A stretch of DNA of 63,752 nucleotides, the filler included, from Octopus bimaculoides (lineage: Eukaryota), in NCBI RefSeq assembly GCF_001194135.2. It is 6 parts of 5 records of this genome, joined end to end, with 100 filler letters (N's around TTAATTAATTAA, not from the genome) between each part and the next. Parts side by side here need not be neighbours in the genome. Positions count along the whole stretch, not along the records: positions 1 to 5,723 come from NC_068997.1; positions 5,824 to 11,930 come from NC_068997.1; positions 12,031 to 35,548 come from NC_068999.1; 3 more parts are not named here. One strand, written 5' to 3'. Shown here piece by piece: positions 1-12,868 of the stretch. Below the pieces are notes generated by a model, which was not told the origin of the DNA, searched no databases, and worked only from the letters and a program-made list of their open reading frames with translations. Both the position numbers and the translations under genes were made by a program. Position 1 is the stretch's first letter, and each line of letters starts with the position of its first letter.

Positions 1-28
1 TATATATAATATTTACCCTCTGTAAAAT

Positions 29-1150
29 ATGACAAAACAAACTAGAAAATGTTATGGTAAACATAGAACCAAATATAGTAATAACAAAAAACACTTAGGA
101 AATACTATGCAAATTCCAAAATCAGTATATAACTATAATAAATTACCTAGTGGGAGTGGAAACAGGGTAATTATTTGGTACACACCCCCATTTTCAATAA
201 ATGTTAAAGGATTAGCAAAAAAATTTCTAAACATAATCAAATATAGCTTTCCTAATAATCATAAGTATCAGCATATATTTAACAGATCAACAATTAAAAT
301 ATCTTTTTCTACATTGCTGAACATTAGATCAATTATCGCCAGCTCTAATAGACAAAAACTTAATAAATATAAAAATAGTTTAAGAAATAATAACAACAAT
401 AATACTAGTAATGAAATAGACAACAGTCCTAGAACACCAAATAATACTAAATATAATACTTGTTCAACAGATATCATTACGAGAAAACATAGCAATACTA
501 TAACAGTAACAAAATCTCAGCTAAATTCCAATAATTATACATCTCAAAATATACAATATGCTTTGGATAATCCAATACCACAATCTAATAACAATAATAA
601 CTTACAAACAGTAAATATACCTAATTCTATTATAAATGATTCCACAACAAATTCAAATATAACACCACATACCATAACAAATAGTAATAATAGTATTAAA
701 GATTATACCACAGAACAGAAATATACAACTAAATATTGCACATGTAAAAATTTAAAAATCATATCCTTTAGAAGGCAAATGTAGAAGGTTCAATGTGATA
801 TACAAATGCATTGTTACAAAAACTGCTAACTCATACAGTATGGTATATATAGAGAGCTCTATTAACTATAAACAAACATTTTTAGCACATACACATTCAT
901 TTAAACTGAATATAATGAGTAACAGTACTTCATTGGCTGCGTATATACATAAACTCAAACAAAAAAAAAGTTAACTATAAATTATCCTGGTCAATCATTG
1001 ACTCAGCTACACCCTATACACATAAATCTTCTATCTGCCATCTTTGTACAAAGGAATCGCAATACATATTATTATATAAAAAAATAACTTAATCAATTGC
1101 CAAATGGAAACATTATCCACAAGTAGACATAGGTTTTATAAAACTTTTAA
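29..1150 (+). mobile_element. Penelope-like retroelement, 3' part (post-RT linker plus GIY-YIG endonuclease), frameshifted
   Basis: ORF 29-784 contains IIWYTPPFSINV...KFLNII...FPNNHKYQHIFNRSTIKISFS, the typical PLE linker. A +1 frame then reads YPLEGKCRRFNVIYKCIV...VYIE...NSTSLAAYIHKLK...LSWSII...CHLCTKE...SRHR, matching the PLE GIY-YIG domain. Recognised from family knowledge. Confidence 0.85.
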
Positions 1151-1427
1151 ACACTATAAGAGATCAAGTAAAGATTCACATTAATATCTTCTTTTTATTA
1201 TTTTTCATATAGTGATATCATAATAATAGTAGGGTGCTTACAAGTAAGAAAAAAGAAAATTACATTTGAATTATTTTGAGTATACACATATTCACATGAC
1301 ATAAATTCTCCATGGATGAATGCTAAAAAGGACTTCTGGAGATTTGAACTCGTACACCTCTAATGTACAACAAAGTGATTTTTACATTTGCATAAAATAT
1401 AACAATGACATCTTCCAATTTTATATA

Positions 1428-3560
1428 TCTTATCTATAAAAGGCAGATTTTCTGTGTGTGTGTGTGTATGTTTAAAATTCATACATTTACACAATTCCAA
1501 ATTTCTTGAATGAAAGAATCGGAATTAATATTCTAAATACCATAACTTAGGTCACAGCATAATTTTTTCCATCAAAATAACTCCCAATTACGAATAAAAT
1601 CCATAAAACTACACAAATTAACATTTTCCCCTTTAATATAATCTAATTTCCTCTTTCTACTACCTTTAGAAATCTTTTCAACTCCTACTTTCTCTTATGA
1701 ACCTTTACGAACGATCCAACAACAAATACAAAAAGAAAGGAAGGAGAAGCACTGACAGTAAAAGAAACAGACACAATACCAATGCTATGTAAATACACAC
1801 ATATACATACACATGTGTACTTTCAAACACAATTACTCTGTACAAGTCACTTTCACATTGACATTCAAACATTTCATTCAATCACTTCAAAAATGAAACT
1901 ATTCCACTGTTTCAGTATCAAAACTGAAACAATCACATTTCGATACTGTAATGACAGATACTTTCACTTTAATGGTTTCATTTTCATACTGAGACTACTA
2001 CAGTGAAATTATACTCTTACATATATACAGGCATATATATATCTGCACAAATGTATCCATGTANNNNNNNNNNNNNNNNNNNNNNNNNNNNNNNNNNNNN
2101 NNNNNNNNNNNNNNNNNNNNNNNNNNNNNNNNNNNNNNNNNNNNNNNNNNNNNNNNNNNNNNNNNNNNNNNNNNNNNNNNNNNNNNNNNNNNNNNNNNNN
2201 NNNNNNNNNNNNNNNNNNNNNNNNNNNNNNNNNNNNNNNNNNNNNNNNNNNNNNNNNNNNNNNNNNNNNNNNNNNNNNNNNNNNNNNNNNNNNNNNNNNN
2301 NNNNNNNNNNNNNNNNNNNNNNNNNNNNNNNNNNNNNNNNNNNNNNNNNNNNNNNNNNNNNNNNNNNNNNNNNNNNNNNNNNNNNNNNNNNNNNNNNNNN
2401 NNNNNNNNNNNNNNNNNNNNNNNNNATGAAATTTGGAAATTATATCCTATGCATTACGGCCATAACCCCCATGAAAATTCATATATTTTCCATGTTGATG
2501 AAATTTCAACCATACATATTACACACAAATAAAGTAATATTTCTAAAAATTTTTCTTCTTAGAAGTTACAAAGACCCCTTCATGGGCACTTCACACCCAC
2601 AATTTAGTCATTTTTCCTAAGCGAAGAAGAATACTGTTGTACTATAGGGTCACCCGAACATAACAGATGAGCATTATTTGTAATTCAACGGTACAACAGT
2701 GTAAGACTATCCTTTCAGATATACTTACATTGTGATTTCTGCAATGTGGTGCATAGATTGTCAAGTAAATGAGACTCATCTTTGCCTCCACTGATTCACT
2801 TGCAAAGTGTTGAGTAAAATTATTTCGTTGCAGACCTCCTTTCAGTCTTTTTATTATCACTGGGTCACACATAGTCCCCAGTTGGTAACATTGATTTCAA
2901 GGCCTTCCCAGGTGACTGACTGGTTGTTCTAAGACATTTATTGATTGTAAATTTTTTCTGCCCAATTACCTATCGATATAGTGGTCATTTGCAAACTCCA
3001 GAGGCGACACTTTCATTTCCCTTTACTCCAAACATCACACGTTGTTATTTCAATTGGGTCATGCCCTTCCAATTGCTATACATCCGTAATGCATCTTACA
3101 GCTGTGCCTGTCACCTGTATGGTGAGGAATCCTACATTGGGGAGTAGTAACAACTAGGCTAGGGTAATTGACTAATTATTGTGATCATTCGTCTTTTGCT
3201 TTCCTGTAGCTTTGCTCTCTTTTACAAACCCAGTGAACATACATATATTTCCTATTTCAAAGAAATTCAAACAATACATATTAGACGCAAGTTAAAAAAA
3301 TTCCCAACAATTTAACTTCTCTGGTTGACATTAACACACCCACCTCCAATAGGGGCTTTAACTCCCACATTTTTCAGCTCCATGAGCTCCATTTTCAGGA
3401 GCAAAATCCTTTTTACAGGGTCCATAACACTGGAATGTTGGAATGTGCACATAAATATCAGTAGTATGGGATACATGTGTCATGATTAGAATTTTTTTTT
3501 AGGGTGTGTAAAGAAGGAAAGAACCCTCATAGGCAATTTTGATGAAATTCGAATCATAGG
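1428..3560 (+). mobile_element. Probable non-autonomous Helitron-derived segment (5' end and internal repeats)
   Basis: Starts with A|TC(TA)TAAA followed by (TG)n, like the Helitron end at 4007. It shares blocks with 4007-4740: 1870-2040 resembles 4185-4395, and 3285-3562 resembles 4405-4654. Interrupted by a gap. Confidence 0.5.
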
Positions 3561-3561
3561 G

Positions 3562-3897
3562 ATAAAGATGATGTTACATGTTATCGAGGCTACCATTCTT
3601 TCTGGATGTGGAAAAGGTGATGACATCTTTATTTCAAGAATTCCTCTTACTCCATCAGGAGCAGACATTCCTTTTACATTCAGAAGACTGCAATTCCCCC
3701 TTCGTGTCACTTTTGCCATGTCCATTAACAAATCTCAGGGTCAAACCCTCTCTGTGGCTGGTTTTCTCTTAGAAGAGCCCTGCTTCTCAAATGGACAACT
3801 GTATGTTGGCTGCTCAAGAGTGGGAAGCAAAATAAACCTATTTGTATATGCTCCACAAGGAAAAAGAAGGAATATTGTTTACAACGAGGTGTTCTAA
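3562..3897 (+). mobile_element. Helitron PIF1-type helicase, C-terminal fragment
   Basis: RIPLTPS..IPFTFRRLQFPLRVTFAMSINKSQGQTL...PCFSNGQLYVGCSRV...NIVYNEVF* matches PIF1/Helitron helicase motifs V-VI and the typical Helitron C-terminus. Confidence 0.9.
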
Positions 3898-3970
3898 TCA
3901 CAACAGCAAGAAAGTATGTACATGATCACTTTTTTTTACCAAACTTCATTGACTTTCATGTATTTATATT

Positions 3971-4001
<31 letters not shown>

Positions 4002-4006
4002 ATATA

Positions 4007-4740
4007 TCTATATATATAAAGATGAGAATGTGTGTCTGTGTGAATCCCTAAAACTCGAAAACTACACAACCAATTTCATTCCGAATTTACACATGCCTTA
4101 CTTAGGGTCCATGTAGTGTCTTAGACCCAAAAAATTTTTTAACTTCTTGCATAGTTCGAGCCCACAGCAATATCATAACTCCTCCACTATTTCAGTATTA
4201 CATGTCTAAAGTGAAACAATAACATCACTCTACTGTAATGTCTGGTACTTTCACTTTAATACTGAAACTATTCCCCTATTTCAGTATTACGTGTCAAAAG
4301 TGAAACAATAACATGCCGCTACTGTAATGTCAGATACTTTCAATTTCATATTGAAACTATTAAAGTGAAACTATACTCTCACATATATAGAGGCATACTA
4401 TAAGACCCAAGTTAAAAACATTCCCAACAATTCAACTTCTCTGGTTGACATTAACACACCAACCCCCAATAGGGGCCTTCATTCCCACATTTTAGAGCTC
4501 CATCTTTCAGGAGCAAAATCCTTTTTATAGGTTCCAGAAGACTGGAATTTTGCAATATGTGTATAAAGATCAATAGTATAAGATACATGTGTCATGATTA
4601 GTGTAAAGAGGGAAAGAACCCTCATGTGCAATTTTGATGAAATTCGAATCATAGGTTTCCAGCTCCTTAAACAAAACATAAGAGAAAAGTCTCATTCTTC
4701 AATTACATGTAACACGGGCAATGCCGGGTATCTCTGCTAG
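4007..4740 (+). mobile_element. Complete non-autonomous Helitron (734 bp)
   Basis: 5' A|TC start, 3' GC-rich subterminal hairpin (cacgggcaatgccgggt) and terminal CTAG|T, giving the AT-target Helitron signature. Contains an internal ~80-bp tandem duplication at about 4183-4350. Confidence 0.8.
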
Positions 4741-5359
4741 TACAACGATAAAAGGCAAAAATTTAATTACTTTTATTTTCTGCATTTATGGAACACATAT
4801 TGAAGAGAACTTAATTATGGGATTTACATTACATACAGCCATTATGGATTACTGCAGAGAATTTTACCATGGATGTATATTTTTCCTTCAAAATTTTTAG
4901 CACAAGATTGTACAAACGCATATTTACGACAGTAACTTTTAAACAATATCCTTAAACAAAATCTTTTTCATATATTTTTACATAGCATTCGAATGACTAC
5001 ATGGAAATTCACTCTCTTTATCTCTGACGAGTGGATGTATTACCTAATTATGATTATCAAATTTAGATTCCATTTCTAAGGGTACATTTACAAAATGATC
5101 GTAAGATATTTTAAACTTTTAAATAATCATACTTTATATATTTATATATCTATATATATCTTGAACTTATATCTTCTGTGATGATTTTATGATGTAATTT
5201 TCCCACACTCATTTTATAATATAATCTCTCTTAATAAATGTCTAAATACTTTAATGTTTTAGACATTTCCCTACCAAGAGCACTTGTATTCTCATTGAAT
5301 ATATTTGATTAACGATATATATATTTGATTAACTATATATAAAAATATATATATACATA

Positions 5360-5722
5360 GAGGGACCAGCTATCCGAGTTGATAGTACCAGGGTAGATAA
5401 AGCAATTAAGAGTATGAAGACAGGGAAAGCCCCTGGCCCATCAGGAATCACTGCAGAGATGCTCAAAATATCTGGCAGTGTTGGCTATAGCCTAGTCACC
5501 CGTATTACGAACCAGGTGATACACGAAGGAGTCATACCCAATGACTGGTGTAGCAGCATCATAGTCAACTGCTACAAAGGTAAAGGTGACGCTTTAGATA
5601 CAAATAATTACAGAGGCATCAAGCTGTTAGATCAGGTTATGAAAGTTACAGAGAGGGTCATAGCCCAACTAATTAGGGAGTGAATCAATTTAGTTGAGAT
5701 GCAGTTTGGGTTCGTGCCAGGT
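5360..5722 (+). mobile_element. RTE-clade LINE reverse-transcriptase fragment
   Basis: MKTGKAPGPSGITAEMLK...IPNDWCSSIIVNCYKGKGDALDTNNYRGIKLL...*...MQFGFVPG, with an internal stop; ends at a gap. Confidence 0.9.
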
Positions 5723-5849
5723 ANNNNNNNNNNNNNNNNNNNNNNNNNNNNNNNNNNNNNNNNNNNNTTAATTAATTAANNNNNNNNNNNNNNNNNNNNN
5801 NNNNNNNNNNNNNNNNNNNNNNNATATATATGTGTGTGTGTGTGTATAT

Positions 5850-6045
5850 GTTTGTGTGTCTGTGTTTGTCCCCCCAACATCGCTTGACAACCGATGCTGG
5901 TGTGTTTACGTCCCCGTAACTTAGCGGTTCGGCAAAAGGGACCGATAGAATAAGTACTAGGCTTACAAAGAATAAGTCCTGGTGTCGATTTGCTCGACTA
6001 AAGGCAGGTGCTCCAGCATGGCCGCAGTCAAATGACTGAAACAAG
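5850..6045 (+). mobile_element. SINE family 1, 3' half
   Basis: Matches the 3' half of 7032-7400 (catcgcttgacaaccgatgctgg...gtcgatttgctcgactaaagg). Confidence 0.85.
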
Positions 6046-6689
6046 GCAACTTTGAGATACGTCTGCTGATGTCTGTCATAAAGATTGTTGTTGCTAAGTT
6101 CCCATCTCAGAGTACTGATTCATTAGAATAGACGTTCCAACCACGACAACCGGGTCGTTGTTTTTTTATTTTTTTATCTTGGCCTACATTGCTCAGTGCG
6201 AGGCTTTCACTTGCTGCCATTTCCAGCATATCGATCGGCCCTTCACTGTTCGGTTCGGTTTTTNNNNNNNNNNNNNNNNNNNNNNNNNNNNNNNNNNNNN
6301 NNNNNNNNNNNNNNNNNNNNNNNNNNNNNNNNNNNNNNNNNNNNNNNNNNNNNNNNNNNNNNNNNNNNNNNNNNNNNNNNNNNNNNNNNNNNNNNNNNNN
6401 NNNNNNNNNNNNNNNNNNNNNNNNNNNNNNNNNNNNNNNNNNNNNNNNNNNNNNNGGGGGGGGGGGGGAAGAAAAAACAATATTTGAATTAGCATTATTT
6501 ATTTAATGCATATTTAGTATACACACATACACACACGTGTGTGTGTATGCTTGTGTGTGTAAAGAGAATGGAGCGAGTTTGTCCTTTTATCATTTTAATT
6601 TACAATTGTTTCATCTGATTTCGATCTCCAATAGCTTGGACCCGTGGATACACCACAGGATTAACATTCGAATGAAATTATCATCATCA

Positions 6690-6739
<50 letters not shown>

Positions 6740-6924
6740 GTTGTTGTTGCTGTTATTATTTACTTTTAATCTGCATGTTTGTTACAATCACTCGCCGAGA
6801 CACACCCGGTGGCCCAGGGCGAGTGAAGGAAAGCGATGTTACAATTTAACTGAAAGCTTGGGGGAGGGCAAGTGGCAGGGGGCAGTAGCTAAATATCTTC
6901 ATGTACTGCTCTTACCACTTGCCC

Positions 6925-6960
<36 letters not shown>

Positions 6961-7031
6961 CTTGCATAGTGACGGGCCAGATAGTTATAATTTGCAAAAC
7001 CATGGATACTTGTCTATCTTTAAATATCATA

Positions 7032-7400
7032 GGCCCAGGAGTGACTGTGTGGTAAGTAGCTTGCTTACCAACCACATAGTTCTGGGTTCAGTCCCACTGC
7101 GTGGCACCTTGGGCAAGTGTCTTCTACTATAGCCTCGGGTCGACCAAAGCCTTGTGAGTGGATTTGGTAGACGGAAACTGAAAGAAGCCCATCGTATATA
7201 TATGTATGTGTATATACATGTGTCTGTGTGTTTGTGTATCTGTTTGATTGTCGCCTCAACATCGCTTGACAACCGATGCTGGTGTGTTTAGGTCTCCGTA
7301 ACTTAGCGGTTCGGCAAAAGAGACCAATAGAATAAGTACTAGGCTTACAAACAATAAGTCATGGGGTCGATTTGCTCGACTAAAAAAACAAGGCGGTGCC
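7032..7400 (+). mobile_element. SINE family 1 (tRNA-headed, CORE-like), near full length
   Basis: A-box-like tgtgtggtaag, B-box gggttcagtccc, a ccttgggcaagt motif as in the MIR/CORE domain, and a central (AT/GT)n tract. More than 10 related copies in the window. Resembles octopus CORE-type SINEs; family name not verified. Confidence 0.85.
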
Positions 7401-7558
7401 CCGTAGCTTAACAGAGATTACGGAGTAACTTAAGGTCCGAGAGTTTCGTGCGGTAACACTTTTCAACACACGCTGTTATTTCTACTAAATATTAATAAAA
7501 ATATACATCTACTCATATTTTGAGTTCTATCTGTTCCTGTTTGCACCAACATGCATGC

Positions 7559-7602
<44 letters not shown>

Positions 7603-8499
7603 CTGTGTGTGTTATTTGGTGAGTGCACTGTAAGATGTAAGTCTGCTACTTGTGAAGTTAGAGGATGGTAATTGCTACAATGGCGTGACAAGTCCTCGCA
7701 ATAAATGGTATAACCTGCGTCTTGTGTTTGTCATAATTTCCCATATACATATATATGTGTGTGAAGAAAGAGAGTGTGTGAGGGAGTGAGAGAGAGCGAG
7801 TGAGAGAGGGAGTGAGAGAGTGAGTTGCATGCGTTTGTATTCGTTGTGACTGTTTCAAAGTATGTTGTGATATATGCCAATTGAAAATAATGTTTGTTGA
7901 GTGGAAGGGAAACGTGTTGGAAGTAGTGAACTATTTGTTCCCCTAGCATACAGAACAAACAGCAAACAGCGTAACGTAAATCGTTTTCTCCGCAATGTCT
8001 CGCCCAAGTGTCTTTGTTTTCATAAAACGCGTTCGTCTTTGAAACAAGTTGGTGCCGCCCATTCTTAAATAGGAAAACGCATAAATATATATATATATAA
8101 AATACATTAAAAAAAATTCCATAGTAAGGTAACAAACACAGCATAAACAATATCAAACAAGATGAAAACTAAAAGGAAAAATGGTTGGAAGTTGGGAAAC
8201 TAAGACGACACAAAGAATAACCATTGAATTGTAAAAGTTTGTATTTTCCTTACGGTATGTCATCATCTGAACGTTGTTATGTCCCCTTTGAGTAATTTTA
8301 ATAAGGAATCAGTGAAGTGTCAAGAATTCAAGCAAAATGTCATTATTCATGATGAATCGCTAAAGAACATGTCACTATTCTTAAATAAAACAACCTTGTT
8401 ATTCAATCTGATATACATTTTTTATATTTTCTTTTCTCTCGCTTTTAGAAGAAGAACAACTTAGAGAACTGTACGCTTTTCACTATTTACCCTTTAATT

Positions 8500-8945
8500 A
8501 TACTCTGTCATTGGCCTACGACCATGCTGGGGGGCCGCCCTAAAAGGGTTTTAGTTGAGCAGTATTTTATCCTTAAGTCTGTGTTTATTCTATCGATANN
8601 NNNNNNNNNNNNNNNNNNNNNNNNNNNNNNNNNNNNNNNNNNNNNNNNNNNNNNNNNNNNNNNNNNNNNNNNNNNNNNNNNNNNNNNNNNNNNNNNNNNN
8701 NNNNNNNNNNNNNNNNNNNNNNNNNNNNNNNNNNNNNNNNNNNNNNNNNNNNNNNNNNNNNNNNNNNNNNNNNNNNNNNNNNNNNNNNNNNNNNNNNNGA
8801 ATTTGTTCCCATTTTCCGTCTACCAGAGGTACTCAAAAGGCATTAGTCGCACTACAACTATAATACAAGACAGCTAACCAGGGTGCTGTGTAGTGGGAAT
8901 GAACCCGAAAGCTCGAGGCTGCAAAGGGAATTTCTTAACAACATA
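8500..8945 (-). mobile_element. SINE family 1, diverged, gap in the middle
   Basis: Reverse-complement 3' half before the gap and tRNA-like head after it. Confidence 0.65.
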
Positions 8946-9162
8946 CTTTTAGTATTTGATATTTTCTCATAATTTAGCCAAGGAGAAAAAGAAAGGGTTA
9001 TTGACTAAGACTTATGCAACCAGTAATTGAGTGGTAAGACTAATGCGTCCGAAAATCTGAATTTTCATCCTCGCCCCTAATTTTTTAAAGTTGTATTTCC
9101 TTACGAGATGTCATCATCTTAGCATTTTTTATCTTTATTTTTTGATCGGCTTATTTCTTGTA

Positions 9163-9315
9163 GTCTTTGGACTGCAGTCATACTAAAGCCTCCTCTTGAA
9201 GGATTTTAGTCGAGCAAATCGACCCCCAGCACCTGGTACTTATTCTATCGGTCCTCGTTTGCCAAGCCACTAAGTTAAGGTGACGTAACGAAATCAATAC
9301 CGGCTGTGGAGCAGT
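9163..9315 (-). mobile_element. SINE family 1, 3' half
   Basis: ttttagtcgagcaaatcgacccc...cttattctatcggtc is the reverse complement of the family 3' half. Confidence 0.75.
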
Positions 9316-9374
9316 AGGATGGACAGGCACTCACAAAAAAGACACACACACATATATTATATGTGTGTGTGTGT

Positions 9375-9780
9375 AGGCGTAGCTGTATGGTAACAAGCTT
9401 GCTTCTCAACCACATGGTTCGGAGTTCAGTCCCATTGCGTGGCATCTTGGGCAAGTGTCTTCTACTATAGCCTCGGGCCGATCAAAGCCTTTTGAGTGGA
9501 TTTGGTAGACAGAAANNNNNNNNNNNNNNNNNNNNNNNNNNNNNNNNNNNNNNNNNNNNNNNNNNNNNNNNNNNNNNNNNNNNNNNNNNNNNNNNNNNNN
9601 NNNNNNNNNNNNNNNNNNNNNNNNNNNNNNNNNNNNNNNNNNNNNNNNNNNNNNNNNNNNNNNNNNNNNNNNNNNNNNNNNNNNNNNNNNNNNNNNNNNN
9701 NNNNNNNNNNNNNNNNNNNNNNNNNNNNNNNNNNNNNNNNNNNNNNNNNNNNNNNNNNNNNNNNNNNNNNNNNNNNNNNN

Positions 9781-9815
<35 letters not shown>

Positions 9816-10028
9816 ATGTATATGTTTGTGTATCTGCGTTTGTCTCCCCACCATCGCTTGATAACCGATGTTGGTGTGTTAACGTCCCCGTAACATAGCG
9901 GTTCGGCAAAAGAAACCGATAGAATAAGTGCTAGGCTTACAAACAATAAGTACTGGAGTCGATTCGTTCGACTAAAGGTGGTGCTCCAACATGGCCGTAG
10001 TCAAATGGCTTACACAAATAAAAGAATG
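9375..10028 (+). mobile_element. SINE family 1, full length with central gap
   Basis: Head at 9375-9515, then a gap and (TA)n, then the 3' half at 9826-10028. Confidence 0.85.
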
Positions 10029-12125
10029 AAATAAGAGAACACACACACACACACACACACACACAGGTACATACATACAATGGGCTTCTTTCAGCTACAA
10101 AATCCGCTCATTAGTCTTTCATCGGCCAAGAAATACAATAGAAGACACGTGTTTAAGGTGACGTATAGCTGGATTGAACCCGAAATCATTTGAGAGAGAA
10201 GCAATTTTCTTACCACGTAGGCGTATTTGCGCCTATTTCCCCGTGAACTAATTTTAATTAGATCAATTTCTATATTTGGAATGACTAAATAGATTGGCGG
10301 AGAGGGAAATGATTTTGTGCGGTGAATATTTGCAACTGATTGAAATCCACCAAAGGCATTCGCGACAATATGACGCTATCAAACTCGGCAGCCATTTTAG
10401 GTCTACCGTTGAAAATAACGGAAACCCAGTGTCTGGGATAAATGATTTAATTTGCATAAAATCAAGTCCAAAGACTTCTAAGGAGGTAGTGGTGTTACAA
10501 CGTGTGACATGATATGATATTGTTTCTATTTTGGCTTGATTGAGACACTTGGCCTTTTGCAACGTATTCTTCAAGTTATTGGAAATCCCTAAAAGCGGTG
10601 AATTCGTAATGAATCGTTAGAGCGTTGGATATTGTATTAATGTCCCTCAGTGTTCTGAGCTGAAATCACGCTAAATGACGTTTATTTCTTCATTGATCCC
10701 TTCGGAGTCCTAAAATATTTCATCCCCCCCACTCCTTCTCTCTTACTCTCTCCTCTATTTCTCTGTCTTTCTCAAACTCATTTACGCAAACGGAAGACCA
10801 TTTGTATCGTAGCTCCACTTAAGCCTTCCTTAACTTTATGTGCTCTTATCAAGGAAGAGTGGTTATAAATTTTAGGAACGATTCCAGCCATTTGAGTTGG
10901 ATAAATATATTACATCGATCCCAGTGCGCAAATGGCGCTTATTTTATCGACCTCGAAACCTCGAAAAAAACAAAACAAAAAAAAAAACCAAATGCAAAGT
11001 CTAGCTCGGAGGAATTTGAAGATACAACATAATCCACTCTATCCAACGCGCTAACGATTTTGCCAGCTCACAGCCTTCTTGTGAAGAAAGACTGAATAGG
11101 TAAAAACTTGGTTTGCCACTTAACATTTCGCAGCGTCTATTTCAGTCACCGGAAGTCGCAAAATCTGATTCCAAGAAAATGCTTCAGCTCTTACAATGCT
11201 ATGTGCTATAAACATCTTTGTGTGTTGCAATTTAATAGATACACAATTATTTTGATATTTTAATAGTAACAGTTATTTCAAATTCCACCGAGTTCGACTT
11301 AGTTCCCCATCCTTTCGTGCACGATGTAATCAACGAACCGTTCTCCTCGAAATTGCTGGCCTTGCGTCGAAATTAGAAAGGAAAATAATATCAACCAGGA
11401 AACCGGCTCTTATGAATCAGGATGACTCTAGAAAGTAACTTTTAATTGACCGAGATCACAACAATCCCCATGAAATGGACACCGGACAGTTACGGAATTA
11501 CAAAGCCAAACATTTTGTGCGGAGGAAGCGATCGATTACGTCGACCCCTTTGTTTCAGTGACTTCGAAGTCATGAAAGGCAAAGTTAACTTCGCAAGATT
11601 TGAACTCAGAAAATAAAGAACCGGAAGAAATACTGGTGGGAATTTTGTCCGACATGGTAACGATTCTACGAGTTCGTAGCATTTGTACTAATATTTAAGC
11701 AGATGGTAATCCATTCGTGGCGGCCCTCTAGGAAAGATCTGGTTTCTTAAAGAACCAAACCCAAACCGATATGATATCTTTTCATTGCGTTTGGCTTAAA
11801 GATATAAGCTTTTATTACAGAGATACTGGATACAGAAATGAAGTCTCTAGTAGATCAGATTTTATTAATGACAAATTTAAAGAATTCAAGACGTCTTTAA
11901 ACAAAAATTTTCAGCAAAATTTTTGGTAAANNNNNNNNNNNNNNNNNNNNNNNNNNNNNNNNNNNNNNNNNNNNTTAATTAATTAANNNNNNNNNNNNNN
12001 NNNNNNNNNNNNNNNNNNNNNNNNNNNNNNATATATAACCGTTAATCCCTATATATATTCTTTTTCTCTCCTTTTACCTATTTGCTTTATACATACATTC
12101 ATACATACATACATACATACATACA

Positions 12126-12161
<36 letters not shown>

Positions 12162-12295
12162 TATATATTTATATAGCATGTGTTGTTGAATGTTGTTTGA
12201 CTGCAGTGTTTCGGCCAGAGAAAGTCTTTAAAGACATAGACTGTTAAAAAATTCACAATATACTTCGAGGACAAGTTAAACGAATCACCACAGAG

Positions 12296-12410
12296 GTGAA
12301 CGCGAACGACGGCTATCGATATATCACTGCTATTTCAGATCTTCAGTGATCAATAAACACTGATGAATTGAAATGTCAGTGAAATATCGATATCCTTTGT
12401 TCTCGTTCAC
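12296..12410. other. Imperfect 53-bp inverted repeat with 9-nt loop (hairpin)
   Basis: 12296-12348 versus the reverse complement of 12358-12410: 43 of 53 positions identical with no gaps; loop atcaataaa. Confidence 0.9.
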
Positions 12411-12520
12411 TTCCAGACTGTTCGTTTTGTCTTGCTTTGAAGTATATTGAGTGATTTTTTTTAACATTCCCAGTCTTTAAAGGGGTTTCTCTGGACGAGA
12501 TACTGCAGCCATAAAGCGTT

Positions 12521-12868
12521 TACTCTTTTACTTGTTTCAGTCATTTGACTGCGGCCATGCTGGAGCACCGCCTTTAGTCGAGCAAATCGACCCCAGGACT
12601 TATTCTTTGTAAGCCTAGTACTTATTCTATCGGTTTCTTTTGCCAAAACGTTATTTACGGGGACGTAAACACACCAGCATCGGTTGTCAAGCGATGTTGG
12701 GGGAACAAACGCAGACACACAGACACGCACACACACATATATATATACATATACACGACGGGCTTCTTTCAGTTTCCATCTACCAAATCCACTCACAAGG
12801 CTTTGGTCGGCCCGAGGCTATAGTAGAAGACACTTGCCCAAGGTGCCTCGCAGTGGGACTGAGCCCGG
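12521..12868 (-). mobile_element. SINE family 1, head truncated by gap
   Basis: Reverse complement of the family consensus, with central (CA/TA)n. Confidence 0.9.

Noticed and set aside
5768-5779. TTAATTAATTAA islands inside N-runs (also near 11975, 35593, 44882, 56318)
   Set aside because: The identical 12-mer, with stops in all frames, is always flanked by Ns. It is an assembly or scaffolding spacer, not biology.
10263-10574. 103-aa minus-strand ORF in unique sequence
   Set aside because: No recognisable motif or convincing splice pair; the length is within chance expectation.
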